A stretch of DNA of 62,516 bases, filler included. It is 4 parts of 4 records of this genome, joined end to end, with 100 filler letters (N's around TTAATTAATTAA, not from the genome) between each part and the next. Parts side by side here need not be neighbours in the genome. Positions count along the whole stretch, not along the records: positions 52,068 to 62,516 come from DRR378314_2202; 3 more parts are not named here. The stretch is one strand, 5' to 3'. Positions 56,193 to 62,516 of the stretch are shown here, in pieces. The notes beneath the pieces were generated by a model. That model was not told where the DNA came from and did no database searches. It saw only the letters and a program-made list of their open reading frames with translations. Numbering within the stretch: the first letter of the stretch is position 1; each line of letters starts with the position of its first letter. The translations under genes and the position numbers were made by a program.

Positions 56193-57257
56193 TCAGTTAC
56201 TGAAGCCGGTGAAGCGGCGAACCGCCTGACCGTCTTTTAACGCCGCGCCGCCGGTCAGCACGACCTCGTCCCCGTCATTGACACCGGACAAGACGTCGAA
56301 TTCACCAAACTGGTTCGGCTCGACCGTAACCTCGGTCCAGGTCACAGCACCTTGATCCGCGCCGGTCGGGGTAAAGATCATCACACCGGTCACCCCCGCA
56401 GGCGTGGTCACGATGGCTGTGGCTGGCAGGGAAATCCGATGTCGCCCGACCATCACCCGCACGCTGACGGTGGTCGACGCCCCCGGCAGCACCTGCCGGT
56501 CCTCCGGCGGCTCCATCGACAGGGTCACCCGATAGGTCTGACCCACTGCTGAGGCCTCGGCCGTGTATTCTAGGATCTCCAGGGGATATTCCTTATCCGA
56601 CCCCGGAAAGGTCGCCACGATCTCGAAACGGTCACTTTCGTTGGTCCGCTGGAACAACAGCTCCGGCACGTCGATTTCCACATGCAACTCCGACATGTCA
56701 TGTAGGCGTGCAATAGGCGTGCCAGCAGAGACGGTGGAGAACAGCGCCACTTCGCGTCGCGCCACCAGCGCATCAAACGGCGCATAGAGCGTGGCGTGGT
56801 TGAGGTTCGTCTGTGCCGTACGCAGGGACACCTCAGCCAGGCCGGCCGCGGTTTCCGCATCCTCGATCACCACCTGGCTCACCGTACCCGCAAGCCGCGC
56901 ATTGCGTTCCTTGTTGCGGTCGGCCTGCTGCTTGTTCAGCACCGCCTGTTCCAGCTGCAACTGAAAGGTCTCCAGATCGAGCTGCCCAATCAGTTCGCCC
57001 TGTGGCACCACATCCCCTTCGGTTACCGGCAGCTGCAGCACCTGGCCGCCAACCTGAAACGCCAGATCCACGGTTTCCTTCGCGGCCACCTGACCGAAGA
57101 ACCGCCGCTCCATCGGTGCGGCCCCCCCATCGGCAGTCATCAGCTTCACCGGCTTCAGCGATGTATCCACCGCATGCTCCGCATCCTGTGCCTGCGCCGA
57201 CAGCGGTGCCGCGAGCACCACCCCCAGAAGCACGGCCCGGATTGATGTCATTGTCAT
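56193..57257 (-). CDS. RND periplasmic adaptor (membrane fusion protein)
   Basis: Signal peptide, LAFQVGGQV...VTEGDVV, TLYAPFDALV, LPGASTTV; directly upstream of the permease. Confidence 0.93.
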   Translation of the reverse strand: MTMTSIRAVLLGVVLAAPLSAQAQDAEHAVDTSLKPVKLMTADGGAAPMERRFFGQVAAKETVDLAFQVGGQVLQLPVTEGDVVPQGELIGQLDLETFQLQLEQAVLNKQQADRNKERNARLAGTVSQVVIEDAETAAGLAEVSLRTAQTNLNHATLYAPFDALVARREVALFSTVSAGTPIARLHDMSELHVEIDVPELLFQRTNESDRFEIVATFPGSDKEYPLEILEYTAEASAVGQTYRVTLSMEPPEDRQVLPGASTTVSVRVMVGRHRISLPATAIVTTPAGVTGVMIFTPTGADQGAVTWTEVTVEPNQFGEFDVLSGVNDGDEVVLTGGAALKDGQAVRRFTGFSN

Positions 57258-57736
57258 GTCTGATCTCCTTCACAGGGTCCTACAGCGCCCGACTGAACGG
57301 CCTTATTGTGAATTTTTTGTGCGAGCCCTGCGAGAATTCGTGCTTCCTCTCGCGTCAGGCCCGAAGTTTCATAAAATACCTCGGATGCATCAGCGACAAG
57401 CTGCTGTCGCCTTGCATGTCCGCTCTCCGTCAGTTCCAGCAGCCAGGCACGCCCGTCATGGGCATCCCTCACCCGACGTATCAGCCCCTGACGTTCCAGC
57501 GCCCCTGCCCCGGCCGTGACCGCCGAGGGCGCCTTCATCGTCAACCGCGCCAACTCTCCCATGCGACAGGGTCGCACGAGAAGCAGCAACAGATGGCATT
57601 CCATCCGGCCCAGCTGTTCCCCGAGACGTGCATCATTCAGGCGCTGCTCCAACTGCCAGTGCAGTGCAAAAACCCCCATCATGGCCTGCACTTCCGGTGT
57701 ATGGAGTTCCCAATTGTCGGAATAATCTGAATTCAT
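57254..57736 (-). CDS. MarR-family transcriptional regulator
   Basis: RMGELARL...PSAVT...LERQGLIRRVRDAHDGRAWLLELTESG. Start ATG 57736 follows a CAGGAG RBS; the stop overlaps the MFP start (ATGA). Confidence 0.9.
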   Translation of the reverse strand: MNSDYSDNWELHTPEVQAMMGVFALHWQLEQRLNDARLGEQLGRMECHLLLLLVRPCRMGELARLTMKAPSAVTAGAGALERQGLIRRVRDAHDGRAWLLELTESGHARRQQLVADASEVFYETSGLTREEARILAGLAQKIHNKAVQSGAVGPCEGDQT

Positions 57737-57757
57737 GTCTCGACTCCTGAACGCCAG

Positions 57758-57778
57758 ATAGTTCACGAAGTGAAGCAT
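57758..57778. promoter_or_regulatory. Candidate MarR operator palindrome
   Basis: ATagTTCAC-gaa-GTGAAgcAT, about 22 bp upstream of the MarR start. Confidence 0.6.
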
Positions 57779-58081
57779 TTAAAGGGGTGCCTCCCTCTTT
57801 ATGCAAGAGTCATGCCGCATTTTGTCACATCACGCAGGGCAAAGTGGAAATTTCGTGCGATTGTCGCCACTTCGGCCGCAGCGCGGGCCTCCAAACCAGA
57901 TCTGTTGCCACGCCCTTGCCCTCGTACACCCGCCTTCCGATCCGCGATCAGGTCTCTCCAGAACGCTATTGCCCCAAGGGCATGCAGCCCGCCGCCCTTG
58001 ACCTCTCGCCTTGAAAGAGGCCCTATATGCGCCACCTCGAGACAGGGGACCTGTTCAGGCCCCGCCACCTGGGATACAGAC

Positions 58082-59206
58082 ATGTACACACCCGCCATCA
58101 CCGGCACCGGGGTCTTCACCCCCTCAGAGACCATCTCCAACGCGGAACTGGTCCAGGCGTTCAACGCCTATGTCGACCTGCAGAACGCCAAACACGCCGA
58201 GGCCATCGCCGCCGGCGAGAGGGAGCCGCTGCACCACTCCTCGGAAGAGTTCATCAAGAAAGCCTCCGGCATCGAGAGCCGGTTCGTGATGGACAAATCC
58301 GGCGTGCTCGACCCGGAGGTGATGCACCCGCAGCTGCGCCAGCGCGGTGATGACGAGCCCGGCATCATGGCCGAAATGGCCGTGGATGCCGCCCAGAAAG
58401 CGCTCGCGCAGGCCGGCAAGACCGCCGCCGACGTCGATGCGGTGATCTGCGCCGCCTCCAATATGGAACGCGCCTACCCCGCAGTCGCCATCGAAATCCA
58501 GCAGCTCCTCGGCATCAAGGGGTTCGCCTTTGACATGAACGTTGCCTGTTCTTCGGCCACGTTCGGCATTCAGGCCGCCGCCGACATGGTGCGCTCCGGG
58601 TCGATTCGCTCCGCCCTGGTGGTGAACCCGGAGATTTGCTCCGGCCATCTGGAATGGCGTGACCGCGATTGTCACTTTATCTTTGGGGATGTGGCCACCG
58701 CGACGCTGATCGAGCGTCAAGAAGACGCCACCGGCGCCCATTTCGAGATCCTCTCGACCCGCTGCGCCACCGAGTTTTCCAACAACATCCGCAACAACAA
58801 CGGTTATCTGCGCCGCTCCCGCCCCGACGGCGTGGCCGACCGCCGCGACATGCAGTTCATGCAGAATGGCCGCAAGGTGTTCAAGGAAGTGCTGCCGATG
58901 GTCAGCCAGCACATTGCCGACCACATGCAGGCCGAGGATGTCACCGCCAGCGACCTGAAACGCCTCTGGCTGCATCAGGCCAACAAATCGATGAATGACT
59001 TCATCGGCAAGAAGATCCTCGGCCGCACGCCCCAGACGGGTGAGCAACCCAACATCCTGCAGGATTACGCAAATACCTCTTCGGCAGGGTCCATCATCGC
59101 CTTTTCCCAGTACTCCGCCGACCTCAGCGACGGGGACACCGGTCTGATCTGTTCCTTCGGCGCGGGCTACTCTGTGGGGTCGGTGATCCTGCGCCGCCAC
59201 GGCTGA
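58082..59206 (+). CDS. Beta-ketoacyl-ACP synthase III (long FabH-like), 374 aa
   Basis: ATG 58082 (MYTPAITGTG); catalytic Cys (NVACSS), His (LHQAN), Asn (YANTSSAG); SFGAGYS. Confidence 0.92.
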   Translation: MYTPAITGTGVFTPSETISNAELVQAFNAYVDLQNAKHAEAIAAGEREPLHHSSEEFIKKASGIESRFVMDKSGVLDPEVMHPQLRQRGDDEPGIMAEMAVDAAQKALAQAGKTAADVDAVICAASNMERAYPAVAIEIQQLLGIKGFAFDMNVACSSATFGIQAAADMVRSGSIRSALVVNPEICSGHLEWRDRDCHFIFGDVATATLIERQEDATGAHFEILSTRCATEFSNNIRNNNGYLRRSRPDGVADRRDMQFMQNGRKVFKEVLPMVSQHIADHMQAEDVTASDLKRLWLHQANKSMNDFIGKKILGRTPQTGEQPNILQDYANTSSAGSIIAFSQYSADLSDGDTGLICSFGAGYSVGSVILRRHG

Positions 59207-59327
59207 CCGGCGCATCTCCCCCGCTGCATGCAAAGGCGCGCGCCTACCCAGAGCGCGCCCCACTTTGCAACCGCTCAAGAGACGGAACCCCGTCGCAGGT
59301 CCCGGTGCTTTTCCGCGGTGATGTCGT

Positions 59328-59492
59328 TCAGCGATATGCGGCCCGACGGTTGAGTGTGATGAACCTCAGGAACTCTTCCATCACATTCTCGATCCGGTAG
59401 AAGTCGCGGCCCTCCGCAGCGGCCCTATAAAAGAAACAAGATGCGCGGAGGGTGACGAAAGCGCCGGATGCGGTCAGAAAATCCGTATTCAC
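59328..59492 (-). CDS. Possible 54-aa small ORF downstream of the CII-like gene
   Basis: GTG start after AAGGGG; MNTDFLTASGAFVTLRASCFFYRAAAEGRDFYRIENVMEEFLRFITLNRRAAYR*. No recognised family. Confidence 0.25.
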   Translation of the reverse strand: MNTDFLTASGAFVTLRASCFFYRAAAEGRDFYRIENVMEEFLRFITLNRRAAYR

Positions 59493-59573
59493 CGGCTGTA
59501 CTGCCCCTTAAATATGTTCGGGCAGATCACTCAAATCTGATACGCCGGATACCTGCGCCCCGGCCCGCAGGCG

Positions 59574-60032
59574 TCAGGCGCTTTCTTCTTCCAGGTGCAA
59601 TTTCATGTCCAGCAGCACCTGCTGCAACAAAACGGTCTCTTTCAAAAGCCGCTTTGCCTCATTCACGGTAATGATGCCGTCGGCGATCGCATCCTGATAC
59701 TCGCTCATCAGCTGTGCAAACCGGCGGCTCAACGCGATCACATCGGTGTTGACCCCTCCAGGGCGTGACACGGCCCCTGGCGTGCCGGAATAGGACAAGG
59801 TGATGTTCTTCAGATCCGCAAGCGCAGAGGTCACATGCGGAAAAGATGATGCCCCCTCGAGCTTTGCCACCGCATCCACTGGAATGAACCGATCCGAATG
59901 CTCCGTGTTCTCGGAATAATAGCGCCCCAATGTCGCCTTGGATTTTCCGGTGATCTGGCAAGCGGCCTCGATCCCCACGTCCTTTACAAGTGCCTCGGTA
60001 TGTTTTTTCAGATACGTCCCGATATCCGCCAT
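59574..60032 (-). CDS. Phage regulatory CII-like (Phage_CP76/YmfL-type) HTH protein, 152 aa
   Basis: N-terminal HTH (GIEAACQITGKSKATLGRY), PVDAVAKLE, and a C-terminal helical domain with AIADGIITVNEAKRL. Confidence 0.65.
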   Translation of the reverse strand: MADIGTYLKKHTEALVKDVGIEAACQITGKSKATLGRYYSENTEHSDRFIPVDAVAKLEGASSFPHVTSALADLKNITLSYSGTPGAVSRPGGVNTDVIALSRRFAQLMSEYQDAIADGIITVNEAKRLLKETVLLQQVLLDMKLHLEEESA

Positions 60033-60090
60033 AATGCTCTTTTACCTAAATGGATGCCCCCCGAACCAACGGGTTGGGGGAACCTCGCGA

Positions 60091-60105
60091 TTAATTTCCC
60101 ATTAA
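60091..60105. promoter_or_regulatory. CtrA-type binding site TTAA-N7-TTAA
   Basis: TTAA-TTTCCCA-TTAA, 58 bp upstream of the CII-like start, in GC-rich alphaproteobacterial DNA. Confidence 0.7.
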
Positions 60106-60146
60106 GTTTGCTTACCCGAATTGCCATACCTTTGCCAGTCCTGGCG

Positions 60147-60238
60147 TGACTACTTGGTCTTCAAGAGTGGTGTGGGTTTGTGTTTTCGTCACGGTAGTTC
60201 TGAAGGGTCGGCCCTGTGAGTGAGTAGCCGGTCTTTTT
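60147..60238 (+). ncRNA. Candidate small RNA ending in a terminator-like hairpin
   Basis: GTGAC...GTCAC closing stem with an inner hairpin, then GGGTCGGC/GCCGGTCT stem (three G-U pairs, + strand only) and TTTTT. Confidence 0.35.
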
Positions 60239-60262
60239 AAGAGGCAATTGGTCTGCCCAAAA

Positions 60263-60342
60263 GATGTCCCCCAGGGACGGATCGTGGTTCTGAGAACGGC
60301 TTTTGATGCCTGGGATCGCAACTCCGCTACTCTGGGGGCATC
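60263..60342 (+). ncRNA. 80-nt extended hairpin, candidate structured RNA
   Basis: GATG(T)CCCCCAGGG/CTCTGGGGGCATC, CGGA/TCCG, GTGGTTCT/GGGATCGC and GGC/GCC nested stems with several G-U pairs. Confidence 0.4.
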
Positions 60343-60517
60343 ACCTTCGACCTCACGCCGGACCACTCCGCGTATGAACCGTTTCCCCCCCTGATTACTC
60401 GCCCAAGATGACGTTGCGGCAAGCCGCACTCCTGCCGGAAAAATCACCCTGGCGGCATTCCCGCCACCGCAAGGTTTCATCTTTTCTAAAGTCGCGGATG
60501 CGGATAGACCCCAGCCC

Positions 60518-61111
60518 ATGGCCAAGCTCTATTTCAATTACTCCACCATGAACGCCGGCAAATCTACCGTCTTGCTGCAGGCATCCCACAACTACCGCGA
60601 AAACAATATGCAGACCTATCTGCTGACCGCGAGCATTGACGATCGGGCGGGTGCAGGCCGTATTGCGTCGCGCATCGGCATTGGCGCCGAAGCGGATGTG
60701 TTCCGACCCGAGGACGACCTGCACGCCCGCATCTGCGCCCGGCTGGCGCAAGGGCCTGTGGCGGCGATCTTCGTGGATGAGGCGCAATTCCTGACCCCCG
60801 ATCAGGTCTGGCAACTGGCCCGGGTGGTCGACGACCTGCACATACCAGTGCTGGCCTATGGGTTGCGGGTCGATTTTCAGGGGCACCTTTTCCCCGGCTC
60901 CGCCACCCTGCTGGCACTGGCCGACGAAATGCGCGAGGTGCGCACCATCTGCCATTGCGGCAAGAAGGCCACCATGGTGGTGCGGCAGGACGATCAGGGC
61001 AATGTGCTTACCGAAGGCGATCAGGTGCAGATCGGGGGCAATGAGAGTTACGTTTCCCTCTGCCGCCGCCACTGGCGCGCCGCCATGGGCGATCTGCCCG
61101 AGGTCAGCTGA
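60518..61111 (+). CDS. tdk: Thymidine kinase
   Basis: MAKLYFNYSTMNAGKST, FVDEAQF, YGLRVDF, ICHCGKKA, IGGNESYVSLCRRH. Confidence 0.97.
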   Translation: MAKLYFNYSTMNAGKSTVLLQASHNYRENNMQTYLLTASIDDRAGAGRIASRIGIGAEADVFRPEDDLHARICARLAQGPVAAIFVDEAQFLTPDQVWQLARVVDDLHIPVLAYGLRVDFQGHLFPGSATLLALADEMREVRTICHCGKKATMVVRQDDQGNVLTEGDQVQIGGNESYVSLCRRHWRAAMGDLPEVS

Positions 61112-61141
61112 CGGCCCCGGGCACCAGCCCCGACGCCCTTG

Positions 61142-61208
61142 CTTCTTCTGACCAAAAATATCCCGGGGTGAACGGGCCCCGCAGGGGGCCGGAGGGGTAG
61201 CGCCCCTC
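61142..61208. repeat. Rhodobacteraceae-type intergenic palindromic repeat (REP/MITE-like)
   Basis: CTTCTTCTGACCAAAAATATCCCGGGG followed by hairpins GGCCCC/GGGGCC and GAGGGG/CCCCTC. Single copy in this window; recognised from recalled Roseobacter intergenic elements. Confidence 0.5.
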
Positions 61209-61376
61209 ACGTCTTCCGCGCGCCAATCGCCTGAACTGGTCGCCCGGCCCAGTCCTGGCAGCCCTCCCGCCCAAACCCGGGCTGCGCCAAGGCGCCGCCG
61301 GTTTGGTTGGGCCTGGCACGCAAGGTGCCACCGGCAGGGCAAGACCCCAAGCTGTAACCGCTTTCCGACTGTCCGC

Positions 61377-62369
61377 CTAGACCGGGTTCGGCAGGCGCTG
61401 CCCGGCCAGATGCGCCGCCACATTGTCCAGCGCCATATGGCCCATGTCACTGCGCACCTCTTCGGTGGCCGTGCCCAGATGCGGCAGCAGCGTCACGTTG
61501 TCCAGGCTGCGCAGCGCCTGCGGTACCTCGGGCTCGAACTCATAGACATCCAGCCCCGCGCCGGCGATCTGCCCGGCTTGAAGCGCCGCAATCAATGCCG
61601 CCTCCTCCACCACTTCGCCGCGGGCAATATTGACCAGATGCGCATGCGGGCGCATCGCCGCCAGCACCTGCGCGTCCACCAGATGCCGGGTCTCCGCACC
61701 GCCGGGCACCGCGATCACCAGCATGTCCACCCTGGCCGCTAGCGCCATCAGGCTCTCGGCCCGCTCGGCGGGATAGTCGGTGGCCTTGTCGCTGCGCGCC
61801 ACATAGGCGATCTGCATGCCAAACCCGTAATGCGCCCGCCGCGCGATGGCATCACCGATCCGCCCCAGCCCCACCACGCCAAGCCGCTTGCCCGACAGGT
61901 GTAGCCCCAGCATCTGGGTCGGGTGCCAGCCCGCCCATTGACCGGAACGCACCAGCCGCTCGCCCTCGCCCGCGCGCCGGGCCGTCATCAGCATCAAAGT
62001 CAGCGCGATATCCGCCGTCGCATCGGTCACCGCACCGGGGGTGTTGGTCACCTCGACCCCCGCCCTGTGCGCCGCCTCAGCATCGATATGATTGAAACCG
62101 ACGCCGAAATTGGCCAGCAACCGGCAGCGCGGCGCCGATGCGGCGGCAAAGATCTCCGCCCCATAGGCATCGCCCAAGGTCGCCACCACCACGTCGAAAT
62201 CGCGCAGGCTGGCGATCATCTCATCTGGGGTCATCGGCGTGGTCTGGCTGCGGATCTCCACATCAAACTCTGCCCGTGCCCGGGCCTCCACCGCTGCTGT
62301 CATGGGCCGGGTGATCAACACGCGGCCCGTCCTTGCGCCCGTCCCCGTGCTCGTTCGCGCGCCCGCCAT
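61377..62369 (-). CDS. D-isomer-specific 2-hydroxyacid dehydrogenase (glyoxylate/D-glycerate type)
   Basis: NFGVGFNHID, VTNTPG, GVVGLGRIG, VNIARG, GLDVYEFEP, PHLGTAT. Confidence 0.95.
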   Translation of the reverse strand: MAGARTSTGTGARTGRVLITRPMTAAVEARARAEFDVEIRSQTTPMTPDEMIASLRDFDVVVATLGDAYGAEIFAAASAPRCRLLANFGVGFNHIDAEAAHRAGVEVTNTPGAVTDATADIALTLMLMTARRAGEGERLVRSGQWAGWHPTQMLGLHLSGKRLGVVGLGRIGDAIARRAHYGFGMQIAYVARSDKATDYPAERAESLMALAARVDMLVIAVPGGAETRHLVDAQVLAAMRPHAHLVNIARGEVVEEAALIAALQAGQIAGAGLDVYEFEPEVPQALRSLDNVTLLPHLGTATEEVRSDMGHMALDNVAAHLAGQRLPNPV

Positions 62370-62515
62370 CAGTGCATCCGCCCGCCGGTCGGCACCTCGG
62401 CAGGCACCGCGCCGTCAGGGCCGATCAGCACGATCTCGCCCTCAGCGTCCGGCAGCCCCAGCACCAGCACTTCGGACATGAACTTGCCGATCTGGCGCGG
62501 CGGGAAATTCACCAC
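62369..62515 (-). CDS. csaA: tRNA-binding protein / secretion chaperone CsaA, C-terminal part
   Basis: VVNFPPRQIGKFMSEVLVLGLPD...VPTGGRMH*; the stop overlaps the next ATG (TGATG); truncated by the window end. Confidence 0.9.
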   Translation of the reverse strand: MVNFPPRQIGKFMSEVLVLGLPDAEGEIVLIGPDGAVPAEVPTGGRMH

Positions 62516-62516
62516 C

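Noticed and set aside
60110-60500. Cobalamin riboswitch, SRP RNA or 6S RNA
   Set aside because: Diagnostic conserved motifs were not found on either strand.

Overview
This window is not one continuous locus. It is four unrelated contigs joined by artificial 100-bp spacers (44 N + TTAATTAATTAA + 44 N) at 23160-23259, 36626-36725 and 51968-52067. Contigs 1-3 (1-23159, 23260-36625, 36726-51967) are GC-rich, intron-rich eukaryotic DNA, probably protist, with GT-AG introns and the standard code. Most of their genes are invisible or fragmented in the ORF track and were rebuilt by hand from splice sites and exon phases. They are: an unusual ferlin (two N-terminal PH domains, a LamG-like domain nested in a C2 domain), a 12-exon START-domain protein, an endosulfine/ARPP19 homologue, an intronless SnoaL/NTF2-like gene, a Cys-rich (CxxC) secreted protein, a double amidohydrolase fusion, the 3' end of a CDK7-like kinase, fidgetin-like 1, Sec61-beta and a NEK2/NIMA kinase. 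Contig 4 (52068-62516) is bacterial (Rhodobacteraceae/Roseobacter-like): carB 3' end, a tiny lipoprotein ORF, a MarR-MFP-RND efflux operon, a long FabH, an orphan phage CII-like regulator with a perfect CtrA-type box and neighbouring structured RNA candidates, tdk, a 2-hydroxyacid dehydrogenase and csaA. The best novelty candidates are the PH-PH-C2(LamG) ferlin and the CtrA-box / CII-like regulator / sRNA module. All family calls come from motif recognition by eye, without database searches.
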